A stretch of DNA of 64,000 nucleotides from an uncultured Verrucomicrobiae bacterium (GTDB taxonomy: Bacteria > Verrucomicrobiota > Verrucomicrobiia > Chthoniobacterales > JAFAMB01): assembly GCA_963837955.1 (NCBI GenBank), contig CAWIPH010000002.1, positions 4,032,001 to 4,096,000 on the forward strand, in the 5' to 3' direction. A model generated the notes under the pieces. That model was not told the origin of the DNA and ran no database searches. It saw only the letters and a list, made by a program, of their open reading frames with translations. Positions 37,078 to 46,848 of this stretch are shown piece by piece. A program made the translations under genes and the position numbers. Numbering within the stretch: position 1 is the stretch's first letter; every line of letters begins with the position of its first letter.

Positions 37078-38697
37078 TTATTTTTCGATCAGATGAAGCC
37101 CGGCGGCGGCGCCAACGCCGAGAACACTCGCCTCGTAAGCCGTGACCGGCCCAACGGAATCGTCGAGAGTACCGTCCGGCAGCTCGCGTCGGCACATCAA
37201 GATCGGCGTCAAATGCCGGCTCACTTCAGACGTCTCCGGCAACGCGTTCGGATCGATAAAATCGGTGAAATTCGGCAAAAAAGCCGCACCGAAAACTAGC
37301 ATCGGCCGGATGCTTCCGTATCCGCGCTCAAATAGAGTATTCGCGTCGAGATAAAAGCTGACCGCTGAAGGTTCATCAACGTCGGCCATTTTATAGTTGT
37401 TTGGAGCGTGCAACCCAATCTCTTGGTTTCGCAAGCGAGTCTGCACCTCGGTATAAGCATCTTCGTTCCGCGCAGCGATAAAGTGGTTACCGTTCATCCC
37501 AAATACAAGGTTAGTCGATTGATCGGTGCCGAATCGGAAAATTCGGGAATCGCCGACTCCTTTTTCCGCCCAACGATCGGGGAACTCCTGCTGCAGGATC
37601 TTGCGCACCATCCCTAAGAAGGAATCAGGGTCACTCACTTCGATAAGGAAAAACCCGTCAACCAGACCCCGGTTTGGGTTCCGGTTAATGACTATCTCCG
37701 CCCCTTTCACAATTTCGCTCAGCTGCTGGAAATCGACTCCTGATGTCGTGACCTCATTCAAATACTCCTGCGCAGTCTGGGCAATGCCCCATTCCCTTGC
37801 CAACCTCTTTGTCAGATCGCGAATATGCAGCAAATCCAAAGGTAAAGACACGTAAACGAGCGTGCTAGGAGTCGTGAGATACATTCCCCTGGCGGAACGT
37901 TTCGTCTGCGCGGACGAAGCACGGGTAAAGACCGTGTCATGAATATTTGATCCTTCTAGTTTCGTTGCGATCATGAGCGCCGGAATCGCGCTGGCGGAGG
38001 GGAGCCAGTCTAACGGCGAGGCGGACGAATCTGAAGTCCTCCCACCGAGAAATCCAAAGAAATCGGCGTCAGCCGGGACGTGGGCGTGGCACTGCCGAAA
38101 GACCTCGGATGTTTCAAGCCCCGCCGGCTTATTTCCGACGCGCTTCATTGCAGAACGTAAAGCTTCAGGGCGCAGGCTGAAGAGCAACCACTGGCCGTTG
38201 CGTGCGGCGAAGATCAATTTCCCGGCTTCGGGGGATACGCCGGTTTGGCGCTGCGGATCGGACGATATCGGAGCCAAATGATAGGCAGATAGCTCGTGGA
38301 TTTGTTGGCCAATCTCGTCCTGCCAATCTCGCAAATCGCCTGAGCATTTCGCTCCAAACACCCAATCTCTTCCGTTCAAATCGGAGCAGCATAAGTAGAT
38401 GTTAACGGGTCGCAAGCGGCCGAGGGCGTGCCAAGCAACCCTCCAGGAAGAGGGAATTTGCGTGATCGGACGCGAGATAAACCGAGCGACCGTCGGTTCG
38501 CAAAAAATTTTGCTGAGCGTGGTCTCCGGCCACCGCTTTAAGGATTCCGGCAAGTCGCGAAGCTCGAGATAAATGAGACTGTCGGGGGACGCTAGCCGTG
38601 CAGCAGGCGTGCTTTCACTTTCGTCTCGACCAAGCAGGAGCAAAAATAACGCGCCGAGGCAGAGGACAAAAAAAGCGCCAAACAGTATTCGTTTCAT
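37078..38697 (-). CDS. Hypothetical exported/membrane-anchored protein
   Basis: Long ORF with an N-terminal hydrophobic anchor MKRILFGAFFVLCLGALFLLLL; probable ATG at 38697; no family recognised. Confidence 0.7.
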   Translation of the reverse strand: MKRILFGAFFVLCLGALFLLLLGRDESESTPAARLASPDSLIYLELRDLPESLKRWPETTLSKIFCEPTVARFISRPITQIPSSWRVAWHALGRLRPVNIYLCCSDLNGRDWVFGAKCSGDLRDWQDEIGQQIHELSAYHLAPISSDPQRQTGVSPEAGKLIFAARNGQWLLFSLRPEALRSAMKRVGNKPAGLETSEVFRQCHAHVPADADFFGFLGGRTSDSSASPLDWLPSASAIPALMIATKLEGSNIHDTVFTRASSAQTKRSARGMYLTTPSTLVYVSLPLDLLHIRDLTKRLAREWGIAQTAQEYLNEVTTSGVDFQQLSEIVKGAEIVINRNPNRGLVDGFFLIEVSDPDSFLGMVRKILQQEFPDRWAEKGVGDSRIFRFGTDQSTNLVFGMNGNHFIAARNEDAYTEVQTRLRNQEIGLHAPNNYKMADVDEPSAVSFYLDANTLFERGYGSIRPMLVFGAAFLPNFTDFIDPNALPETSEVSRHLTPILMCRRELPDGTLDDSVGPVTAYEASVLGVGAAAGLHLIEK

Positions 38698-38939
38698 CAG
38701 TGGCCCACTAGAAAAAACCTGCTTTTCCATCCTGTCGAGGCTGAGTTTTTCCAAGGGGCATTAAATTCTCGTCCCCAATCATTCTTGTTTAGGGGAGGAA
38801 TCGCAGCTTGCTTGCCGTAATTTTCAACGAAGGCGGACCCTCGCACCCCGCGGCGCAAAAGCATCCGACTTCGCTAAGTGCTCGAGCATAGTGCACAGGC
38901 ATCGAAGAGACTATGTAGGACAGCTTATACCTCCCCTTC

Positions 38940-41069
38940 CTATGCGACGGCGGAGTCGGCCAGAGAAAAGCCCGGTTCGATAAGCTCCGAAGCCGGCCTG
39001 GATGTACGCTCCGGCGAGCGGTAACTTTCCAGCGCATGCGACCAGATCGGGTTCATCAATTGTGCCGGAGTCTTCCAAATGAGAACATGCAATCGCGCTA
39101 CCGTCTGTCCATCAGCCAAGAGAGCGCGTTTTTCTCGGGCGGAAAGCGCATCGGGACCGAGCCGGAAAAGTTTTGCTGCGAGGGAGGCCACATAACCCTC
39201 GGCTCCCGGCGCATGATTGTGTCGCTCCTTCTGTAAGGCAACGTGAACCGCATTGTAAAACGGGTCGAGAATCGCATGCAGAAACTGATCACCCTCGCGT
39301 AATTGAAACTCATAGGAAGCCGTAAGCTCTCTGGGTGGCTCAGTTTCTTCAGGTGTTAAAAAAAGGCCTTTGAGTAAACCGGATCGGCCGCTCAATAGCA
39401 CCAGCGGCACCGCTAACCAGAGCCCAAGCAGGATCGGAAGAAGCCAGAGAAAATAGCCAGGGGAGATCCACCAGGCTAACAGGCCCAAACAAATCCCGCT
39501 GACGGGTAGCGGCCAGTACTCCGCGAGGGTAGCTAACCAGCCCGGACCATCGCCGCCCTCTCTGGTCTGGGTATGCCAGGTCACGGTCTGGCCTCCCAGG
39601 TTTCGGAAAACAAACCGGGTATGGAACCACACCATGATCGGCGCGACGAGGACCGAAAATAGGACTTCGCTAATGACCCCAAGCACCACCCGGACCCCAC
39701 CGTTATAGCCCCGCAACGACTTCGGCTGAGAAAACAAATGGATCAAACTCATGAGCTTCGGGCTGAAGAGCAACAAGAGCGTCAAGATCATGAGGATGAA
39801 CGCGGATGGAAGCTGAACGTTCAATGTCTTCTGATGCCACCGGTCAATCGCCGCTTGCAGCGTCCCGAATAGAATGAATAGCACCAACAGCGGAGAGGAA
39901 CCGTACGCCAGGATTCCTTGGATGAGATGAAGCCGGCTTACCGGGCGAACCTTTTCCGCCAAGAGAAACCACATATGCTGGAGATTGCCTTGGCACCAGC
40001 GGCGATCCCGTTTCACGTATTCCGTCAGATTTGGCGGCAATCCTTCGTAGCTGCCATCGAGATCGGCGGCGAACCAAACTTCCCAACCGGCGTGCTGCAT
40101 AAGCGCTGCTTCTACGAAATCGTGGCTTAGAACGCGGCCACCCAAAGGTGCCCGTCCCGGAAGTTCCGGCAATCCGCAACTCGTGAGGAAGGGAGAGACC
40201 CGGATAATCGCATTGTGGCCCCAATAATTTCCGGAGCCCTGTTGCCAAAAGTTCAGGCCGGCTGCGAAAACCGGACTGTAAAGACGCGACGCGAACTGCT
40301 GGATCCGTGCAAAAAGCGTGCTGGCCTTCACGAGCTTTGGCATCGTCTGGATGATACCGGCCCGGGGGTTCACCTCCATCAGCCGCACCAACGACGAAAC
40401 CGCCTCACCAGTCATAATGCTGTCCGCATCGAGAATAATCATATACCGATGCCGGTGCCCCCAGCGGCGGCAAAAGTCGGCTATGTTTCCGCTCTTGCGG
40501 TTGACGGGTAAACGCCGTCGCCGGTAGTGAATTTTACCGAACCCATTCGTCTGCCGGCACAGGTCTGCCCAGGCGAGTTCTTCCTCCACCACTTTACTTG
40601 GTTCAACCGAATCGCTCAGGAGATAAAACTCGAAGGCATCTAACTCCCCTCTTTGCAGCAACGAGTCGTACAAAGTACGGATATTGCCGAAGACAGTGCG
40701 CGGGTCTTCGTTGAAGATCGGCATCGCGATCGCGGTCGACGCCAGTGGTGTTTTCGGATCCAGGGTGTTGGTGATTTTGAGTGGCTCATGCCCCTCTGCC
40801 AAAACCAGGAATCCAATAAAGGCTTGGGTAAAACCAAAAGCCAGAGCGGTAAAAAGAAGAACGAAGAGTCCTAGCTCGACCGCTTTGAGCGCGGTCCATC
40901 CCCCTATGTTCAACATGTCGCACATCAACCAAACCCCGATGACGGCAATACCCAGCGTAACAAGGCCCACCGCCCATCGGCGCTGGCGAACCTTAGCCTG
41001 AAAAACCTCATCTAATCTGGCAGACCCGACAAGCTCAACGAGCCGTACTGGCCGATCTGGACCGCTCAT
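38940..41069 (-). CDS. opgH: Glucans biosynthesis glucosyltransferase H (GT2)
   Basis: MPIFNED, RKSGNIADFCRRWG, ILDADSIM, YWGHNAIIR, LSHDFVEA, RDRRWCQGNLQH. Confidence 0.95.
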   Translation of the reverse strand: MSGPDRPVRLVELVGSARLDEVFQAKVRQRRWAVGLVTLGIAVIGVWLMCDMLNIGGWTALKAVELGLFVLLFTALAFGFTQAFIGFLVLAEGHEPLKITNTLDPKTPLASTAIAMPIFNEDPRTVFGNIRTLYDSLLQRGELDAFEFYLLSDSVEPSKVVEEELAWADLCRQTNGFGKIHYRRRRLPVNRKSGNIADFCRRWGHRHRYMIILDADSIMTGEAVSSLVRLMEVNPRAGIIQTMPKLVKASTLFARIQQFASRLYSPVFAAGLNFWQQGSGNYWGHNAIIRVSPFLTSCGLPELPGRAPLGGRVLSHDFVEAALMQHAGWEVWFAADLDGSYEGLPPNLTEYVKRDRRWCQGNLQHMWFLLAEKVRPVSRLHLIQGILAYGSSPLLVLFILFGTLQAAIDRWHQKTLNVQLPSAFILMILTLLLLFSPKLMSLIHLFSQPKSLRGYNGGVRVVLGVISEVLFSVLVAPIMVWFHTRFVFRNLGGQTVTWHTQTREGGDGPGWLATLAEYWPLPVSGICLGLLAWWISPGYFLWLLPILLGLWLAVPLVLLSGRSGLLKGLFLTPEETEPPRELTASYEFQLREGDQFLHAILDPFYNAVHVALQKERHNHAPGAEGYVASLAAKLFRLGPDALSAREKRALLADGQTVARLHVLIWKTPAQLMNPIWSHALESYRSPERTSRPASELIEPGFSLADSAVA

Positions 41070-41138
41070 ATGCTCACCAATTCAGCTAGAGAAACAAACA
41101 TCCTTTTTCTTTCCCAAAACATGATCCCCCGAAGAGAT

Positions 41139-41714
41139 CTACAAACTCACGAAAATCAACAATCCGACAATACCTAGACCAAGACACCAACTCAGAATTC
41201 GGTTTGAACCCAAAAACGCCATTCGCTCGGCGAAAGTAATTACCAGCTCGCCGACCGCCGAAAATCGAAATGGGCGAGCCGTGATACTTGCTTGCTGCAA
41301 CCGCGGGGTTGGCTTGAGTCGGACTTCACGAAGAGCTTGCAAAACCTCGTCGGATAACTGGACGTGCGACTTGAAACTGCTTCGATCGCTCGGTTCAGTG
41401 AGGAAAAGACGAATCCGCTCTTCAACTGACCGTCGATCCCTCGGCACTTCGGCCCCGATCAAATGGCCGAGAGCCTTATCCAACGCCCGCTGCGTTTCTT
41501 CAAAAGCAAGTTGGGTGGCCGGGGTAAAGGGCTCTTGCCGCTTCCGGGCGATCGCTTGTTCGAAACTCGACAACAGAACAAGCTCGCGCTCGACGTCCTC
41601 CGGTACTTTCAGGGCATCAAGATAGTCGTTGATGCGATCCCAAGCCTCTTTCCACTCGGGGGACGCATTAATTCCCACACGTAACAGAGCTAAGTATTCA
41701 GCAGATATAGCCAT
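41139..41714 (-). CDS. Hypothetical protein between opgG and opgH, C-terminal membrane anchor
   Basis: ORF overlapping the opgG 3' end; EWKEAWDRINDYLDAL...; hydrophobic C-terminus. Confidence 0.7.
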   Translation of the reverse strand: MAISAEYLALLRVGINASPEWKEAWDRINDYLDALKVPEDVERELVLLSSFEQAIARKRQEPFTPATQLAFEETQRALDKALGHLIGAEVPRDRRSVEERIRLFLTEPSDRSSFKSHVQLSDEVLQALREVRLKPTPRLQQASITARPFRFSAVGELVITFAERMAFLGSNRILSWCLGLGIVGLLIFVSL

Positions 41715-43231
41715 TTTTCCGAACAAAACCGGTCACGCCGCAAAATAACACAACTGATATCCATAGTCTGGGGCGGAGTTGGATCGAATATCGTGAAGCT
41801 GACAAGCCAACCGCGCTCGGTGGGCGCGAACTGCACCTCCTTCACTTGGCCACCTTGGTTTGCCACAACGTAAGGACGCAGTTCATCCACGGGAATCGTC
41901 CCTCCACTATCCGGCTTCGCATACTCGACCGTGAAACGCGTCTCTCCCGTTCGTGGACTGGGGTGAACCGTTGTCGAAATGACTCGGAATTGGCTTGTGT
42001 CTGGCTCTTTACCATCCCAAACCAGCTGGTAAGCAAACTCGTACCGGCTGCCCGCCTCCGGAGTATTGGCCAGCTCCCATCCTGCTACCATATTGTCGCT
42101 ATACTCGTCCGAAGAAGGGATCTCCAGCAATCGCACGTATCCGGGGCCAAAATCGCTTTTCGGGATAGCGGTCAAATTAGGGCGGCGGTGATATTCGGCT
42201 TCCAGATCCAGGTAATGGGTGAGGTCGCGGTCACGTTGGAGAAGCGCAAATGATGTCACACCGGAAAACTTTCGCACTAGGACCGATTTTGGGTTGTCTA
42301 ATGGAGCCCATAATTTTTCACCGGAAGTAGTTTCCATCAAAAGTCCGTCAGAGTCGTGCACTTCGGGCCGGAATTCCCGACGCTTAAAATCAGTCCTGTT
42401 CATCGAAAACTCCATCTTCCCGGTAGGTTGATAGTCGGGCTTCAGCGTCGGTTTATTCACGGTGTTCTCGCCAAAATAAAACATGCTCGTCAGCGGCACG
42501 AGGACCACAACCTGCGGTTTTTTTCGAAAAAAGAGTGTCGCTTGGATGTCCATCGTGGTCGCCTCGCCGTAGTGCACCACGAATTGATAACCGCCCGTAA
42601 CGCTTTGGCTGTCCAACAGCGCGTAGAATTGCAGGCTGGTGTCACTTGGCTTTGGTTGGCGAATCCAGAACTCGGTAAAATCCGGAAACTCTTCCACCTC
42701 ACTTCCGCCGGTGTTGATGCCCAATCCGCGGGTGGACAATCCCCAATGCAGACCTTTGGCGATAGCTCGGAAATAGCTGGCGCCAAGGAATGAAAGAAAC
42801 TCGTCCTGAATGCCAGGGCGACTCGAAGGGACAAAAACCTTGAGACCGGCGAAACATTCTCGCCCACTGAAGACGACCTCCTTGTCGTAGTGGAAATAGG
42901 AAGGCGAAAAAGGAATGTCCCTAAGCCGGTCGGGTTCAATCGCATGAAATAGAACGCGTCTCTTGTAATAGTATCCCGGGTGAAAGAATCCGAGACGATA
43001 AGGGAGAAAGGGCCAGACTGTGTGCTCTGGCAAAAAGCGGATTCGTCGGTAGAGATCATAATCCAGGTTTTGCAGGTCAGGAGAAAGCTGTTGTAGTTGA
43101 GGTGTAAAGGGCTGTCGCGCCAATGTCTCGGCTTTCTTTACGATGTCGCCATAGCCGAAGACCGGCTCATCTTGAGCAGCAACCGTGCCCGCGCAGGCAA
43201 GAGCTGCCAGCAACCCCGACCAAATTTTCAT
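41690..43231 (-). CDS. opgG: Glucan biosynthesis protein G/D (OpgG/OpgD family)
   Basis: LDYDLYRRIRF, FLGASYFRA, GLSTRGLGINT, EEFPDF, PLTSMFYFGE, RPEVHDSDGL, DEYSDNMVA; signal peptide from the ATG at 43231. Confidence 0.9.
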   Translation of the reverse strand: MKIWSGLLAALACAGTVAAQDEPVFGYGDIVKKAETLARQPFTPQLQQLSPDLQNLDYDLYRRIRFLPEHTVWPFLPYRLGFFHPGYYYKRRVLFHAIEPDRLRDIPFSPSYFHYDKEVVFSGRECFAGLKVFVPSSRPGIQDEFLSFLGASYFRAIAKGLHWGLSTRGLGINTGGSEVEEFPDFTEFWIRQPKPSDTSLQFYALLDSQSVTGGYQFVVHYGEATTMDIQATLFFRKKPQVVVLVPLTSMFYFGENTVNKPTLKPDYQPTGKMEFSMNRTDFKRREFRPEVHDSDGLLMETTSGEKLWAPLDNPKSVLVRKFSGVTSFALLQRDRDLTHYLDLEAEYHRRPNLTAIPKSDFGPGYVRLLEIPSSDEYSDNMVAGWELANTPEAGSRYEFAYQLVWDGKEPDTSQFRVISTTVHPSPRTGETRFTVEYAKPDSGGTIPVDELRPYVVANQGGQVKEVQFAPTERGWLVSFTIFDPTPPQTMDISCVILRRDRFCSEKWLYLLNT

Positions 43232-43296
43232 AAGCGAGGGACGATGGCAGCAGCTATACAAGCTCGTCAACTTGCATGTTGCAAAAACTCCACCGA

Positions 43297-43476
43297 GTAG
43301 CCTGGTCCTCCCGGCTCAGAGTAGCCTGATGCTCCAGCCTCAGGGAGCGTGCCGGTGAGAGGTGGTTGGTGAGAGGGTGGTGAGAAATTTCTGCCGAGGG
43401 TTTGCCGATAGGCATCCACCAATCACTTCTCACAATCGCAGTGTCCTCGGTTCCTGAGGCTGGAGCATCAGGCTAC
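43297..43476. repeat. Family-B REPIN with tandem left REPs and a heptamer-like interior
   Basis: REPs at 43297-43320 (variant) and 43321-43344; inverted REP at 43453-43476. Confidence 0.82.
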
Positions 43477-43505
43477 TCGGCTACTCCGAAGCCCGTCCGC
43501 ACCGC

Positions 43506-44117
43506 TCAACGCGATCGGCGAATCAACCCGATCATGACGCCCTGTATGAGTAACTCGGCAGCCGGGATTAGATCAGGATATGCTGCATTTTCCGCTTTCA
43601 AGAAAGGTTTGCCTCTTTTGAGCTGATAGCGTTTGAGCGTGACTTCGCCGTCGATCAAAGCGGCCACAATATCACCCTCCCGAGGCGTGGCTCGGGTCAG
43701 CAACACGGTGTCTCCATCAGCAATTTGGGCACCGATCATCGATTCTCCCCGTACCCTTAGCGCGAAAACCTCGCTGGTTTCGTTGACACCAAAGAACTTG
43801 GCATCGACCGCGAACCTTGTTTCCTCCATTGCGGCCGAATCGGTGGCGCGACCCGCGGGGATCGCCCCCAATAGCGGCACGAATCGATGCTCGGAACGCA
43901 GTTTCATTTCCGGATCGCTTAAGCCTCGAGCTTTATGAGGAGAGCGACTGATGACACCTTTCCGCTCGAGCGCACGCAAGTGGTTCATCGCAGCGGTCTG
44001 ACTCTGAAAATGAAAATGCCGTTGAATTTCGCGACTAGTTGGCGGGAACCCAGTCTCTCGCTGGTGCTGGCGTATGAAATTGAGCACCGCTCGTTGTCGC
44101 TCCGTCAAAGTCTCCAT
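43506..44117 (-). CDS. lexA: SOS repressor LexA
   Basis: LTERQRAVL...GFPPTSREI...HLRALERKG, Ala-Gly cleavage site IPAG, catalytic Ser (GESM) and Lys (VTLKR). Confidence 0.96.
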   Translation of the reverse strand: METLTERQRAVLNFIRQHQRETGFPPTSREIQRHFHFQSQTAAMNHLRALERKGVISRSPHKARGLSDPEMKLRSEHRFVPLLGAIPAGRATDSAAMEETRFAVDAKFFGVNETSEVFALRVRGESMIGAQIADGDTVLLTRATPREGDIVAALIDGEVTLKRYQLKRGKPFLKAENAAYPDLIPAAELLIQGVMIGLIRRSR

Positions 44118-44120
44118 TAA

Positions 44121-44134
44121 TGTTCACAGGAACA
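44121..44134. promoter_or_regulatory. LexA (SOS) box TGTTC-ACAG-GAACA
   Basis: Perfect match to the Verrucomicrobia LexA motif TGTTC-N4-GAACA, 3 nt upstream of the lexA ATG; overlaps a putative TG-TAGTGT -10 with TTGAAA 16 nt upstream. Confidence 0.88.
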
Positions 44135-44270
44135 CTAACAGAAATACCGAACTTTTCAATGGCTGTAGCCAAAACAACTTTGGGGACTTCCATACTTTTC
44201 GATTGTGCGCACGGAGCCATTCGCAAATACTGGCAGACCAACGGTCGAGAATCTGGTTACTCCAACTGCT

Positions 44271-45050
44271 ATGCGCCTAATTGAAAAGATCTTGATCGCG
44301 GCCGTCTCTTTCTGTGCCGGTGCAACCGCGAGCATCGGCGAAAACTTACTACCCTCCCACTCCGACCCAAATCAGGTGATTCTCTCGCTCTTGCCGCAAA
44401 TGCCCAAACAAGGTGGGTATTCGGCGTCGAATGCCGCGACTGCAAACCTCCAAGCGGCCGTGAGAGTCTCCGCGGGCCGGCTCACCATCACACCTAGAGT
44501 CGCTGTTCCGAGCTATTGCTCCGGCGCCACCTACCTAGTTTTCGTGCAAGCGGTGGAACAGCTCAATGGCGGAACAGCCATTGCCAGTCCGCTGGCGGAA
44601 CAACTAGCGGTGAAAGGTCAACCCGACGGCGTAGGCGTCTGGGGCCGCTGGAACGCCAACGGTCCGGGCACTGCCTGTCTCTTTCGCGAATTGGACCTCG
44701 GATCAAACTTTACTTCCTGGAACGCAGCAAAACCGGGGGACTTTATGAAAATTTTTTGGAACCCTAATGTTGGCCGGCATGAACATGGCCATTCCGCAAT
44801 CTTTCTGGGTGTCACGCAAGACAACGGCGTCGAGATGGTTCACTTCTGGTCAAGCAACATACCGAATGGCTTTGGCGACAAGGCAGTTCCAAAGACGAAA
44901 ATAGCGTCCGTGATTTTCTCGCGCTTACAAAATGCTCAGAACATCCAACGCGCTCTCTACACATTGTCACCGAGAAATGTTTACCTGGGTAATCTGATCA
45001 GCAAAGATTCCTCTCTAGCCGAGGCGTTGCAGGAGTCAGGCGCGCATTGA
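44271..45050 (+). CDS. Secreted hypothetical protein with a candidate Cys/His dyad
   Basis: Signal peptide MRLIEKILIAAVSFCAGATA; SYCSGATY and HGHSAIFLG motifs. Confidence 0.75.
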   Translation: MRLIEKILIAAVSFCAGATASIGENLLPSHSDPNQVILSLLPQMPKQGGYSASNAATANLQAAVRVSAGRLTITPRVAVPSYCSGATYLVFVQAVEQLNGGTAIASPLAEQLAVKGQPDGVGVWGRWNANGPGTACLFRELDLGSNFTSWNAAKPGDFMKIFWNPNVGRHEHGHSAIFLGVTQDNGVEMVHFWSSNIPNGFGDKAVPKTKIASVIFSRLQNAQNIQRALYTLSPRNVYLGNLISKDSSLAEALQESGAH

Positions 45051-45338
45051 AAGTGCCCGCAGACTTTGTACTACTGAGGAATTCGGTTGTTCGCGAAAAT
45101 TTTCGGCATCACGCTCGCCAAGACCCGAGATAGGCAGGGCGCGGTGTTCCAGAATACGCACGAGGCTACGTCCCGTTCTTAGCGAGTACGACGGCTAGGA
45201 AGATTACGGTTGCGGCCGTGCCGCGCAGTGCACTTGCGGACTCTCTTGCGGGATTCAGAAAAAGCCGTTGCATACCCTCTCGATTTCCTCGACTCTTTCC
45301 GCTGCAATACGCCGTTGTGGAACTCGGTTGTTTTTGTC

Positions 45339-46826
45339 ATGAGCCAAGACTCTGTTGAAAATCAAGAAGGACTTCCAGTGGGGGGAGCTGGGCCGGTACC
45401 GGAAACCGAAGCGCATCCGACGCGTTTCGGGACGACGGCGCTAGGGGGTGGGAATAAGCAACTCGATCAGCTCGGGGAGCTTCCATCCGGTTACCGTCAG
45501 ATGTTCGTGATAGCTCGAGACCCTCATTGGCTTTTTAGCTACTGGGATTTTGATTATGCCGAGTTTCCGCAAAAACGGCAACTGCTGCTTCAGGTGTTTC
45601 GCGGCAGCGAACTTGAGACCACAATTGAGATCAACGAAATCGCCCGCAATTGGTATATCCCGGTGCAACGTGCGGACGCCGACTACCGGGTCGGGCTCTG
45701 TTGGAAAAGCGAGGACGGTACGATCCGAACCATCGGTGAAGCGGGCCCGACGCACACGCCTCCGGAAGCGATCAGTCCGCAATGGGACAGCCAGTTTGCG
45801 ACGGTTCCGTTCCATTTAGGGTTCAATTTTTTGCTGGATGTTGTTGAGGCAGCTAAGGCAACGGGAGAACCACTCACCCAAGCTTTAGCGCGCCTGCAAC
45901 AGACTGCGGCAGCGAACCTGGGGGGTCCTTCAAGCTGGAGCCAATCACAGCTGCGCGTTCTAGAGACGTTGCTCGGCAAGGCTTTCGTCGAACAGCTCTC
46001 CTCGATGAGTACAGGGGAGCTTAGCAGCTACTTGCAGACCAATTTAGCCACTCAACTTGATTCGGAGTCGGCCAGCGAATTAGTGGCCAAAGGTCGCTTA
46101 GCGCAGCTTCTCGCTCCAGAAGCGTCCAGCCTATTTAGCGCGTTCCGAGAAATTTTTGGCCGTGAACTTTCTAGTGCCGGGTTGAGTAGTCTAAACTTAT
46201 CTTCAGCCGCGGAATCATCCGAAACGTTAGCAGCTGGCGGCCAATCCTTGGCGAGTTGGCAGGGCGCCGGAAGCGAACGAGCTGAGCTAAGTTCGTTCGA
46301 GTTATCGAGTGGCTTATTAAGTAGCGCGGAACTCAGTTCGGGTGTTTTGAGCTCATTCGCAGGCGCTTCGGAGTTAGGTGCACTTGGCTTAAGCTCGGCT
46401 GAGTTGACTTCCTCGGCTTTGAGTTCTGCCGGCTGGTCGGGTCTCGAATTTCCACTGTCCAGTTGGAGCGAGCTGGCATCGGAAAGCAGCCTTTCTAGCG
46501 GGTTCGGCTCGAGTTGGAGCGGAGCAGTGGAACGCGGGTTCTTCATGCACGTCAATGCGGAGGTTATTTTCTATGGGGGCACCGATCCGCGAGCCAAGGT
46601 AACGGTGGCTGGTCAACCAATCCAACTTCAGCCGGACGGCACGTTTCGTTATCATTTTAAATTTCCGGACAGCGATTTTGAGATTCCCATCGTTGCGGTG
46701 TCACCGGACGGCATAGAAACTCGCTCTGCCGTTCTGTACTTCCGGAGAGATACTATTCGCCAGGGCGATGTGGGTGCTACTGGCCAGCCCTCTCATCTGC
46801 ACGATCCGATGGGCGCCAGGAGCTAG
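45339..46826 (+). CDS. DUF4912-domain protein with a Ser-rich repeat region
   Basis: GELPSGY...IARDPHWLFSYWD...NWYIPV and C-terminal FFMHVNAEVIFYGGTDPRAKV...DGTFRYHFKFPD; probable ATG at 45339. Confidence 0.8.
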   Translation: MSQDSVENQEGLPVGGAGPVPETEAHPTRFGTTALGGGNKQLDQLGELPSGYRQMFVIARDPHWLFSYWDFDYAEFPQKRQLLLQVFRGSELETTIEINEIARNWYIPVQRADADYRVGLCWKSEDGTIRTIGEAGPTHTPPEAISPQWDSQFATVPFHLGFNFLLDVVEAAKATGEPLTQALARLQQTAAANLGGPSSWSQSQLRVLETLLGKAFVEQLSSMSTGELSSYLQTNLATQLDSESASELVAKGRLAQLLAPEASSLFSAFREIFGRELSSAGLSSLNLSSAAESSETLAAGGQSLASWQGAGSERAELSSFELSSGLLSSAELSSGVLSSFAGASELGALGLSSAELTSSALSSAGWSGLEFPLSSWSELASESSLSSGFGSSWSGAVERGFFMHVNAEVIFYGGTDPRAKVTVAGQPIQLQPDGTFRYHFKFPDSDFEIPIVAVSPDGIETRSAVLYFRRDTIRQGDVGATGQPSHLHDPMGARS

Positions 46827-46848
46827 TGGCTCTCCGCACTCTTGTGAG

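Noticed and set aside
45114..45186. Imperfect inverted repeat CTCGCCAAGA / TCTTAGCGAG
   Set aside because: Short, mismatched and seen once; insufficient to call a repeat family.
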